The notes: a model not told the origin generated them from the sequence alone. DNA of 50,657 nucleotides from a virus (IMGVR_UViG_3300012917_000005:1-50657); one strand, 5' to 3'; shown: positions 38,971-47,986, counted from the first letter of the stretch. Program-made: numbers and translations.

Positions 38971-40462
38971 CTGTTCCCCCTAGTTCTGAAAGAGTATATG
39001 TTTCGGGATCAAAGACAAGTATGCCCGCAGATCCCGTCTTAGAACAGTATCTATTTTTAGATATGCTAACGAAGGTTTCTCTGCTTCCTTGTATAACATC
39101 TCTAGAAAGGTCAATTCTAATATCGGCAACTTTACCGATGGCTCGGCTACTTCTTGTTTGTCCAAAATCATTGACATGACTCACTACTATTAATCCAAAA
39201 TCTAATTCCTTGACCATCATTTCTAATCTTGTTGAGATTTGGTCGAGAGCTTGTCTTTCATTTTCTCCCGCCAAGAGAGGAATGGCCATGCAAATGTTAC
39301 CGAAAAGAATAAAACGACAGCCACAGGCAGAAACGAGAAACCTAATAGTGTCGCAGAGTGTCTCTGCAGAGTCGCCCCCAAAGCTAGAATGAAGGTACAA
39401 CCGCTCATCCATGCGAATAACCTTGGAGACAGCAGAAAAGATTTCATCTTCTTCGAGACCGCTGTTGGGAAGGTGCGCGGGTCTTTGGAGCTCAAGTCCA
39501 GCAATAGCCTGGAGGTGCCTTCTAGGGCTCTCTTCATGGAGAATACATCCTATGTTATCATCTGTTACCTTTAACAAATGATGTTCGAGGTTGTACATTA
39601 ATTCAGTCTTACCTACTCCTTCAGGAGCAGTAATTAGAACGATCTCCCCTGTTCGTATTCCATACGTCTTTTCGGTTAAGGTAGGAAACGGATAGGGGAT
39701 ACCGTATTGTACTTTACCTTTCAGAATAGTCTTGAAGTCGTCGAAGGAAGAGACGATGGTCTCGGGCAAATATTTGCGGGAATTAAACCATGTGTTCCTG
39801 AGTACTTCACCTTCACCATTCTGAAGGTATTCATTGGCATCTTTCCTTGATGTTAGTTTTACATCAAAGACTTTGCCATAGTCGAAAAGCTTAGAAACTG
39901 CTGCTGTAGCTTCTCGCCCCACTGCATCGCTGTCGAAACAGAGGTAGATTCGATCGAAGCTACTAAGCCAGGATCTACATGCTGTGCAGTCACGTACGCT
40001 GCTAGAAGCAGACTGGACAGAAACCACAGGTTGATGTAGTACTTGGTAAAGGGAACACGCATCTTGTTCTCCTTCGGTAATGGTCACATATTTATGTTGA
40101 CCAGCGTTGAACTTATCTGATCCGAATAGACCTGCTTTGCTAATCTCTCCTATGCTGGAGAAATCTTTGTTGCTAAGCTGTCTAACTTTGTAGCTACCGT
40201 TCGGATAGCGATAGCCAATCGAGACCGGCTTACCGTCGGAATCGATCTTAGTTTTGACGTCATAGAAGCGGAAAGTTTCCGCACTGACGCCACGCCATGG
40301 ACAATACTCATAGGTAAACTCCTTGGTTGAAGGAGAGGTTAATGGCGGAAAATAATGATTACATGAAAAACAAAACCCATGTCCATCATCAAAGGTAGAC
40401 TTAGCATCAGAACTACCACAGACTTCACATGGAATATGAACTTCAACTAGATGGGAAGTAAT
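38963..40462 (-). CDS. T7 gp4-like primase/helicase (start extended to ATT at 40462)
   Basis: Frame open upstream of the tracked ORF through the zinc finger CEVCGSSDA...CFSC; TOPRIM TEGEQD, FDSD and KDANEYL; Walker A GVGKT; KNR finger. Confidence 0.9.
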   Translation of the reverse strand: MTSHLVEVHIPCEVCGSSDAKSTFDDGHGFCFSCNHYFPPLTSPSTKEFTYEYCPWRGVSAETFRFYDVKTKIDSDGKPVSIGYRYPNGSYKVRQLSNKDFSSIGEISKAGLFGSDKFNAGQHKYVTITEGEQDACSLYQVLHQPVVSVQSASSSVRDCTACRSWLSSFDRIYLCFDSDAVGREATAAVSKLFDYGKVFDVKLTSRKDANEYLQNGEGEVLRNTWFNSRKYLPETIVSSFDDFKTILKGKVQYGIPYPFPTLTEKTYGIRTGEIVLITAPEGVGKTELMYNLEHHLLKVTDDNIGCILHEESPRRHLQAIAGLELQRPAHLPNSGLEEDEIFSAVSKVIRMDERLYLHSSFGGDSAETLCDTIRFLVSACGCRFILFGNICMAIPLLAGENERQALDQISTRLEMMVKELDFGLIVVSHVNDFGQTRSSRAIGKVADIRIDLSRDVIQGSRETFVSISKNRYCSKTGSAGILVFDPETYTLSELGGTGE

Positions 40463-41156
40463 AATATGGCTCCTTCATCATTGCTTTTGATTTATAAATC
40501 GTGACAGGTTTACATCTAAATCCAATATCAATTATATCAGACCAATAGGCAGGTATTCCAACATACATCCATACCCACAGACCCATGTCACACATCTTAA
40601 TATCTGTCTTATCATTTTCCAGATAATGTATTTGTCTATTAGGTATATGTATGTGTACTTTCTTACGTTCATATATTATAGTATTTGAATAGTCTTTGTC
40701 AAGAGAAATTAAAGTATTTCCTCTGATTGCTAACAATTGTCCTTTGATCTTAGCAGGTTGAGCTAATCTACTGGTATTAAGATCAGCCCATTCTTCGAAG
40801 GTAGCTTTCTTGTCTGTTTCCAAGGGAATAGGAAATGTTTCAGTCCCTAAATCCTTAGCCCAGAACTCGAAATTGTTCACTGTGAAACAATTAGCGACTA
40901 AGATACAATTGTCTTCTATCTGTTTAAATTTCTTTTCTCCTTGTATTAAAGTATCACATACAAATAGAAGATTATACATGTTATCTTCAATTGTACTAAT
41001 GTCAGGAGTACAGTACATGCCTTCAATTCGCCATTCTCTTTCTGCAAGTTTCCACCATGCAGTGGATGGCTTAGCTCCTAGCTTATGCCAATTAATCTCA
41101 GCAGGAGAACGTAAGTCTAGGTTATCTACAGTGGGGGTCTTCTTGAAGAGTTGCAT
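40443..41156 (-). CDS. Gamma-glutamylcyclotransferase (AIG2)-like protein, degenerate
   Basis: LFVCDTL..G, IKGQL, L.SLD, YERKKV and WMY match the GGCT/AIG2 motif order. Confidence 0.6.
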   Translation of the reverse strand: MQLFKKTPTVDNLDLRSPAEINWHKLGAKPSTAWWKLAEREWRIEGMYCTPDISTIEDNMYNLLFVCDTLIQGEKKFKQIEDNCILVANCFTVNNFEFWAKDLGTETFPIPLETDKKATFEEWADLNTSRLAQPAKIKGQLLAIRGNTLISLDKDYSNTIIYERKKVHIHIPNRQIHYLENDKTDIKMCDMGLWVWMYVGIPAYWSDIIDIGFRCKPVTIYKSKAMMKEPYYYFPSS

Positions 41157-41249
41157 GTTGTGCTCCTGCTAAAATAAGTCGGAGAGTGTATTCAACATTT
41201 CTGAAGATACACTCTCCTATAGGTAGGGCCAGGGTCGAAAGAATACGTC

Positions 41250-42665
41250 CTACCTAATACCGAACTTCTTATTTCCTCCTGTAGCAGGAACAGAAGTAGT
41301 ACCGTGACCTGCACTTGCAGGTTTATTGAGTAATTCTTCAGCAGCTTTAAGATCTGCAGTAGCCTTGTTGTAAGCTGCCAATAATCGAATATGATGATTA
41401 ACTAAGTTTTGCCAACCGACAGCAGCAATCTTAGGATACGTATCTGCAAGATCACACTTCTTTGCAAATGACATCCTCAGACCATTAGCTAATTCTTCAG
41501 CAATACCCATCTGTTGAGACAGACTAGGCCAGTTTTTCTCGAAGTCAGCTACTTGCTGAGTATCCATGATCTCTAGATTGTTGACATCGATGGTTTTCAT
41601 GAAGTTATCCAAGAAGTCTGTACGTTGTTCTGCGTCTATGGTCGGGATGATTGCCGGAGAATCTTTGAGTAAGGTCTCTCCTTCTGTCTTGGTTTCAGTA
41701 GCTCTAGGGATAAGAGATGAAGGTCCGACAGGTTTCTTATCTTGAAACATCCTCGCAGCATCTTCGAAAGTCTTAGCTGTCTGTTTACCTGCAATCTTCT
41801 TAGCTCTGACCTTAGGTCTATCTCTGAAGTTAGCAGGGACTGCAGCTATTCTACCTTCTCTGACTAATTTCTCATAGAAGTTTTTGATAGAGTTCTTACC
41901 TTGAATATTGATTCCAGGTTCAACTAACTCAAACTCCTCGTTTTCTACCTTTTCTTCTGGTTTAGGAGGTACGATTGAAGAGTTGTTACCCAACATATCT
42001 GCTAATTTATTCTTAGCATTAGCTGGGGTAAGGTGACTTCTGTCTTCTCCTTCTTTGTAATCAAAGGTATTAGAACAATAACCCCATTGAAAATCATCAC
42101 CTAATTCATTATCTTTAGCAAAGGAAATAGCATTACCTGTAGAAAGAAATAAGCCAATAGCACCACGATGTCCAATAAGACCAGAGACAATCTCTTCATG
42201 CGTGGAAGGATCTTTAATATTCTCCCACATCTTAGTCATGTCTCCTTCGAAGAGTTTATACTCTTTCTTGAATCTGAGCATGAGTTTCTGTGCTGCTCGA
42301 TATTCTGGAGTATGAGCAGAACTGTCGTTAGAAGAAGGAAATTCTCCTTCTAATACTCCTACAATAAGTGGATTATTTTCAGTATCCGATAACAACACAA
42401 TGGGCTGTTTATCTTCCTCTGGAATAGTATTGGTAATATTAGATAAGTAGAAGATAGCCTTCTGATCCTTCAGTTTGTCCTGGAGACTCATCCACTTATC
42501 TGTAGTAAGATGATCAGCACTGACCAGTTGAAGTTCAGTTCCAGTATGGATGATGGCCCCAGCACCACCTTTGTTTTTCTCTACTTGGATCTTCATCATA
42601 GCCTCTGGTATGATCCATGTAGCTTCTTTAACAAGTAACGTACCTCTGTGTAGATCCGTATCCAT
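41250..42665 (-). CDS. Protein with a degenerate class II glutamine amidotransferase-like N-terminal domain (start revised to MDTDLH)
   Basis: GGAG RBS; N.GGAG segment and motif spacing resemble Ntn GATases. Confidence 0.5.
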   Translation of the reverse strand: MDTDLHRGTLLVKEATWIIPEAMMKIQVEKNKGGAGAIIHTGTELQLVSADHLTTDKWMSLQDKLKDQKAIFYLSNITNTIPEEDKQPIVLLSDTENNPLIVGVLEGEFPSSNDSSAHTPEYRAAQKLMLRFKKEYKLFEGDMTKMWENIKDPSTHEEIVSGLIGHRGAIGLFLSTGNAISFAKDNELGDDFQWGYCSNTFDYKEGEDRSHLTPANAKNKLADMLGNNSSIVPPKPEEKVENEEFELVEPGINIQGKNSIKNFYEKLVREGRIAAVPANFRDRPKVRAKKIAGKQTAKTFEDAARMFQDKKPVGPSSLIPRATETKTEGETLLKDSPAIIPTIDAEQRTDFLDNFMKTIDVNNLEIMDTQQVADFEKNWPSLSQQMGIAEELANGLRMSFAKKCDLADTYPKIAAVGWQNLVNHHIRLLAAYNKATADLKAAEELLNKPASAGHGTTSVPATGGNKKFGIR

Positions 42666-42714
42666 GGTATTCTCCGTGATAAGATTTGACCTGTCGAGAG
42701 TGTCGTCTTCAAGT

Positions 42715-43095
42715 CTAAGAGTTGAATAGTTCCTGTAGAGACTTTCTCTTTGGTTCTTCAGGAACAGATATCTCATCCCAGGGTGGTTTATCTTTTGTAC
42801 GTGGTACAAGGTCATCGATAGACCACACCTTAGCATACTTCTCATATAGATAGTATCGTTCGTCGTTGGTTATCTTCCCTTCTAGGTAAGTCTTATCTAC
42901 CTGTTCGAGGAATAGATCAGCTACGATAGTCTCTAATTCTTTATCTCTTTCCGGAGTCATATTGTATTTCCTCTTAAGTCTCTTCCTGTAAAAGTAAGGA
43001 ATGAATTGATAATAAGAAACAATGTTTCTAATCATATAGTATATAAGTACAGCTAACATGCCGAAGGCTACTATTAGTCCATACTCTTCACGCAT
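42715..43095 (-). CDS. Membrane-anchored hypothetical protein (start revised to MREEYG)
   Basis: GGAG RBS; the longer ORF would overlap the tRNA. Confidence 0.7.
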   Translation of the reverse strand: MREEYGLIVAFGMLAVLIYYMIRNIVSYYQFIPYFYRKRLKRKYNMTPERDKELETIVADLFLEQVDKTYLEGKITNDERYYLYEKYAKVWSIDDLVPRTKDKPPWDEISVPEEPKRKSLQELFNS

Positions 43096-43109
43096 GTTAG
43101 TTCTCCGTA

Positions 43110-43216
43110 TATAGGTGGACCGCTGGGTGTTTACCTTTCTATTGCCACGTATCTGATACAAGCCAACACCAAATAGCTCGTATAAGCTAGCAAGAGGGTA
43201 CAGCGGTCCGCTTATA
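43110..43216. ncRNA. Structured RNA-like element with a possible pseudoknot
   Basis: 16-bp closing stem, internal hairpins, GGTGTT/AACACC complement. Confidence 0.5.
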
Positions 43217-43223
43217 GTCGGTG

Positions 43224-43310
43224 TGGTGCTCTCAGCCAGACTTGAACTGGCACGGTCATACGACCATCGGATTTTAAGTCCGATGCGTCTACCTATTTCG
43301 CCATGAGAGC
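43224..43310 (-). tRNA. trnL: tRNA-Leu (anticodon UAA)
   Basis: GCTCTCATGGCGAAATAGGTAGACGCATCGGAC-TTAAAA-TCCGATGGTCGTATGACCGTGCCAGTTCAAGTCTGGCTGAGAGCACCA; cloverleaf with long variable arm and encoded CCA. Confidence 0.96.
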
Positions 43311-43498
43311 TAGATAAGAAACCAGGTTGCACGAGAAGCTTGGCAACTCTCATACGATCAGTCCGTATGGCAACCTGGAATAAGAACTCCGGTGGGAGTC
43401 ACAGACGCCGCTATTGCTCGTACCTGTTTCTCAACCACCGGAGTCTGCTCCGTAATGTGGGTTCTACGGAGACTAACATAGTGCACGGTATCTGAGGA

Positions 43499-43696
43499 TC
43501 ATGCACTACGTTTCAGAACTGAATTGAATATATCTCTTAAATGTTCACGTCGTATAGGATTTAATTCTGTTCTAATCCAAACTCTAGATTGTTGAAATAT
43601 CTCTTCACGACAAGACTCACATAACCATTTGAAGGTATATGCACAGTTGTCGTGTTTGACGGTTCTACGCCCGCACTTACAAATGCCAATAGCCAT
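43499..43696 (-). CDS. Small Cys-rich (zinc-binding) protein
   Basis: CKC...C...CESC. Confidence 0.6.
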   Translation of the reverse strand: MAIGICKCGRRTVKHDNCAYTFKWLCESCREEIFQQSRVWIRTELNPIRREHLRDIFNSVLKRSA

Positions 43697-44088
43697 TAGG
43701 AATTCTCCGTAGTTTCACCCTCCAGCCAGTGTATAGTATTAGTATTGTACCTTAACATAGCCATATCTCTACTCGGATAGACTAGACTAACTCTTTTCAT
43801 CAGACCATAACTAGATTTATAGGTCTGCTCAAAAAAGAATCTAAGACCCGAGAACTTCATAATCAGTTTATTGTATCTACCCTCTACTAAAACGACTGAA
43901 TACCATTCATCAATACCTTGAGCAAAATCAGACTTCCATGTCGTCTCATTCTCTCTAATGTTGAGAGAAATAGGGTCGAATGGGACATCGTTAGCTATCT
44001 TCCTCCATATAGGATTGAACCTAGTCGAATGCTTCTTAAGATAAGACCTCCTACTTGCTTGTTTTACTGGTCTCCTTCTTTTGGACAT
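43696..44088 (-). CDS. Hypothetical protein
   Basis: GAGGA RBS; coupled to the next gene. Confidence 0.65.
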   Translation of the reverse strand: MSKRRRPVKQASRRSYLKKHSTRFNPIWRKIANDVPFDPISLNIRENETTWKSDFAQGIDEWYSVVLVEGRYNKLIMKFSGLRFFFEQTYKSSYGLMKRVSLVYPSRDMAMLRYNTNTIHWLEGETTENS

Positions 44089-44629
44089 TGGAGTTCCTCA
44101 CAGGGTTTTGTTTAAGCCATTCTTTTTCAGGAGAAGTTGTTCCTAAGATTAAACCTTTAGTTCCCTCCGGAGGAACCAACGTCCACCATTCCTTACAGAT
44201 AGCACATGTGCAGCTATAAGGATGGTTACTTGCTTTGTGAAATCTTTCTAACTTCTTCTTGTTCATAGAGTGAGAACCTCTCTGGATGAACATATTCAAC
44301 AGTACTTCCACCAGGGTCCATACATTGGAATCCTGATGGTGAGGAACATCTAGGACAAGCAACAATAAGCATGTCTCTCCATTTCAGTCTGCTCTTCTCA
44401 CCCATGTTACTCTCTCCGTATTATTAGAAAATGTGGACCATACCTATTGGTATAGTAGTCACGAAACCAACGAGCATTGGCTAAGTTCATCCAACAAATA
44501 CACATCGTTTGTTCGCTACGAATGTCTTCGACATTGTAGTTTCCGAATGCATACTTTGGCCTAGGTCTTTCTACCCAACGTTCTAATCTGTCCACTGGTT
44601 TTCTCCTCAGTTGAATTCCCAGTGTCATA

Positions 44630-44657
44630 ATTATAACATAGTAGATAGTTAAGTCAA
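44630..44657 (-). promoter_or_regulatory. Sigma70-type promoter
   Basis: TTGACT-N16-TATAAT with TG extension. Confidence 0.7.
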
Positions 44658-44999
44658 GGACTCAAGTCTCTTATCTTAGCTTTTAATACAATATTCTCAT
44701 GTTCTAGTCTTTTAACTTCTTCAGTTAATTGTTTTAACAATCTTCCTACTTCTATGAAATCTATACGTTGAGCGATACTCATTATACGATGAGAGATAAG
44801 CTCAGCTTTCTGAACTAATGTGTTCATGTAAAGTCTCCTTTTACTGAATCAATCATACCACGATTTTCTGCAATTTTTCTAGGACTGCCTCCTTCAATAC
44901 CTATTATTTCTAATAATTCTATTGCTTGATCTGGTGTTATTTCTTCACCTTTAAACATGAATAATATCTCTAAAAATTGTTCTTCAGAGAAGGTTATGT

Positions 45000-45233
45000 T
45001 CATACATAGTCTCCATCGACTAACCAACCACCTTCAGGCCAGAACTTCCTAGTTCTTTCCATTATGTCAGCAGATATCCTACGATATCGCTCTGGTTCTA
45101 TCTCATCCGGAGAACACATGTTCTCTATGACACATATCTGTTCTCCTTCATCCCAGAAGACTCTAGTAATGGTATAGTTACCTTTACCAGATATGTTTAC
45201 GTAGTGTCCTCTTTGAGGAGTAGACCTAGGCAT
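45000..45233 (-). CDS. Hypothetical early protein
   Basis: GGAG RBS. Confidence 0.6.
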   Translation of the reverse strand: MPRSTPQRGHYVNISGKGNYTITRVFWDEGEQICVIENMCSPDEIEPERYRRISADIMERTRKFWPEGGWLVDGDYV

Positions 45234-45836
45234 TGAAGTCGCTCCAATTCCTCTTCTAGAGATAGAACTTCACTTTTCAGTGCGTTGATTTTATGTATGA
45301 GAACGCGTTCACGCAGTCTTAGATATTCTCTAAGAACTGTATCGCTTACTCGTTTCTGTGATCTGGATCTAGCCATTTATATTGGTTACTCCCATATGAT
45401 TTAGGATATTCCTCTTCAATCTTTTGGCTCGTCTGACTGACCCAAACCATCAAACCTATAGTTAGTGTTGGCAATATTATTGCCGCTACTAATAGCGTTA
45501 TTGTTATCCATCCCATAATCTTGACTCCATAAGTGAATGGTCTTAGCCATATCACCTTCTTTGAATTGAAGATGTCCCTGAGCGAACTTATTCATAAGTT
45601 CCTCAAGTTCCATCATTTCGCCATAGGTCAATGATCTGCATATATCGGCTATTGTCTCCAATGGATCTGTTTCCATTGAGATGGGAAAATTCTTCTTAGC
45701 ATATACTTTAGCCTTTTCAGCAGCCTCCTCACGCTCATAGCCATGACAGGTATCGCACTGTACTCTATCCTTCGGATCTTCATTAAGGGAACAGTGTCTA
45801 CTATTCTTAGTCTGCATACAATAGTATGGAGCTTGA

Positions 45837-46073
45837 CTACTCATAGTTCCATCCTCCAATGGGTTCCACACGATATGCACGCCACGGTGTCTTAACAACA
45901 TGGAATGCTTTAGAATTAGGGATTAAGTAGTCTTCCAGTTCTATTTGGAAACTATTGATAACTGAACATAGTCGTTCAGCTTCTTCCTTCCCCATATGTC
46001 TATGGACTTCTGCCCAATGACATAACATGCCATGAGCAAATAGAAGGTCAACTACGGGCATATTAAATGTCAT
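45837..46073 (-). CDS. Hypothetical early protein
   Basis: ATGA-coupled to the upstream gene. Confidence 0.6.
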   Translation of the reverse strand: MTFNMPVVDLLFAHGMLCHWAEVHRHMGKEEAERLCSVINSFQIELEDYLIPNSKAFHVVKTPWRAYRVEPIGGWNYE

Positions 46074-46495
46074 GGTTCTATGTTCCTCTGTTGAATCTCA
46101 ATCATTTTATGGATCAGATAATCTTTCAACATCTGATCATGTGACAGTCCTTGCATTAGAAGAAAGTCATTGATTGCTTTCAGCGTAGCTGGTCTTAATA
46201 CAGGTTTGGCTAAGATCGTAAGAGCAGCATTGGAGGACTGCTTATAGGATGGCTCTTCATGCCCGTAGGAAGCTCGCTGGTAAGTTATTTTAGTATGCCC
46301 GCTACTAGGGTGCCAGCATAATTTACCTTCATGGGTGGGCATCCTACGTGTATATTTATCTGTTGCTGAATGCGGTGTCTCCCAACATACAGTACGAGCG
46401 TTGGCACATGAATATGTAATAGAAAATATAAGAGCTACAGCTAGAGTAAGAAATATCCAGTAAGATACCTCAGATAGATTATCTTTCCAAGACAT
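46070..46495 (-). CDS. Exported or membrane protein (start revised to MSWKD)
   Basis: GGAG RBS; hydrophobic stretch followed by an ANA-R cleavage-like site. Confidence 0.6.
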   Translation of the reverse strand: MSWKDNLSEVSYWIFLTLAVALIFSITYSCANARTVCWETPHSATDKYTRRMPTHEGKLCWHPSSGHTKITYQRASYGHEEPSYKQSSNAALTILAKPVLRPATLKAINDFLLMQGLSHDQMLKDYLIHKMIEIQQRNIEP

Positions 46496-46672
46496 GTTCA
46501 TCTCCGTGATGTTGTACAGGTGGAGAGTACGCACAGAGGCAGCATTCCAGAGTAGCTCTGATCTCTCCTTATGGCGGCCCGTACAGCCAATAACCTACGA
46601 CTCTACTGACTGGGGTCTCTGGGGAAATTGTCAGTAGAATGTAGGTTATTCTATATAACCTGTTAGGCTATT

Positions 46673-47065
46673 CTAATTGTACATCTCTACCTCAAACCAT
46701 TCAGGTTTGATCCATTTTAATGGAGGAGCTTTGAGCTTATGTTGTTTTAGATGATGTTCTTCTCTATTACTAAATGCTGATCTACCTCCTGGTTGTTTAC
46801 TACCTTGAGGTAGGATTGCACATTCATAGATACATTCAGGATATGTATCTTCTCTACCAGTTAAATCAGTATTGGTTACAGTTACAAAACCTTTAATAAA
46901 ACAACCTAAGGTGAACAGACGCTTACACTGTTGCTTAGCAGCTTTAGTAGTCTTAGCTCTAAGCTTATGTCCTCCTTCCTTAAGGAATCCTTCCCATGCT
47001 CTAGCTAAGTGATACTCTTGCATATCCTTAGCTCTTGCTCGTCTCTGTTTAAGCCTTTCGTTCAT
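46673..47065 (-). CDS. Basic hypothetical early protein
   Basis: GGAGGT RBS. Confidence 0.7.
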   Translation of the reverse strand: MNERLKQRRARAKDMQEYHLARAWEGFLKEGGHKLRAKTTKAAKQQCKRLFTLGCFIKGFVTVTNTDLTGREDTYPECIYECAILPQGSKQPGGRSAFSNREEHHLKQHKLKAPPLKWIKPEWFEVEMYN

Positions 47066-47221
47066 GCTTACCTCCCAACAGACCGATATAACGATACCAA
47101 GAACGAGATATTTCTCCAGATTTGATACCTTTCTTAATTTTAGTGAGGGTGACGTTAATTATTCTACGTTCATCGCCAGGGCTATAAGTCCTATAGATCT
47201 TAGGTTTCTTTATTCTCATGT

Positions 47222-47374
47222 TCATCTCCCAGGAGGAGGATACTGAGGAGGATACCTAGGTGCATCTGGTTCACAGTACCAATACCAACCAGAGGCAGTT
47301 CTAGTCCAGTAACACCTAGCATCTGCTATGCTGGGCATTAACATAGTAAGAATTATCAACCATATAAGTTTCAT
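47222..47374 (-). CDS. Small secreted Cys/Pro-rich protein (start revised to MKLIW)
   Basis: GGAG RBS; signal-peptide-like N-terminus ending ADA. Confidence 0.65.
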   Translation of the reverse strand: MKLIWLIILTMLMPSIADARCYWTRTASGWYWYCEPDAPRYPPQYPPPGR

Positions 47375-47435
47375 CTTTTTCTCCGTGATTAGCCCCGTAC
47401 TGTGCACCATATAGATGCACAGTGTCGAGAACAAC

Positions 47436-47756
47436 CTAAGAGATTGGTCTGATTAAACCTATATTATCTCTCTTACGTTTGAACTGATCATAACTCAGAG
47501 CAGTAGGTTTCTGAGTTATGTAATGTCTAGTTATCTCTGTATATTGATCAAAGTAGAAGTCCGTATCGTAATCACCATTCGATAACTTAGGCCATTGTTT
47601 AAGATTGTGTTCCTCTAAGAATGTCTTCTGATACTCTGGTTTAATACAACCAGGTATTACTCCACGTGATCTAGTTACTACACGTGACGTAGGATGAAGA
47701 ATGATGAAGTTAAATCTTCTAGGTCTACGACCTACCTCAGATACGTATGCTAACAT
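47436..47756 (-). CDS. Hypothetical early protein
   Basis: First gene after the leftward promoter; GGGAG RBS. Confidence 0.7.
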   Translation of the reverse strand: MLAYVSEVGRRPRRFNFIILHPTSRVVTRSRGVIPGCIKPEYQKTFLEEHNLKQWPKLSNGDYDTDFYFDQYTEITRHYITQKPTALSYDQFKRKRDNIGLIRPIS

Positions 47757-47805
47757 GTTCTAGTCTCCCACATTCCTGGTCAGCAATTGCTTTCCCAGTA
47801 TCCCC

Positions 47806-47833
47806 AGTATAAAGGAAGGAATAATTAAGTCAA
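47806..47833 (-). promoter_or_regulatory. Sigma70-type leftward early promoter
   Basis: TTGACT-N16-TATACT; shares CCTTGACTTAA with the promoter at 44657. Confidence 0.65.
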
Positions 47834-47884
47834 GGTCTAGACAAGACTATCTTAACTTTTATTACATAATATGTAAAATAAAGC

Positions 47885-47913
47885 TTGACAAGGCTTATTC
47901 TCTTATATATATT
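47885..47913 (+). promoter_or_regulatory. Sigma70-type rightward promoter
   Basis: TTGACA-N17-TATATT. Confidence 0.7.
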
Positions 47914-47986
47914 AAGAAGACCAGTCCGATAGATAATAGATATATAGATAGCGCGTATAATACGGCGCGTATTAATAGGAGATTAT

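Noticed and set aside
42666-42845. 5' extension of ORF 41250-42845
   Set aside because: Overlaps the upstream gene; RBS supports a start at 42665
43110-43216. Twister or theta ribozyme call
   Set aside because: Only partial resemblance (CAAGCC, AGAGGG); the conserved cleavage-site and HDV-like core nucleotides could not be placed
43096-43353. 5' extension of ORF 42715-43353
   Set aside because: Overlaps the tRNA; a better RBS and ATG exist at 43095
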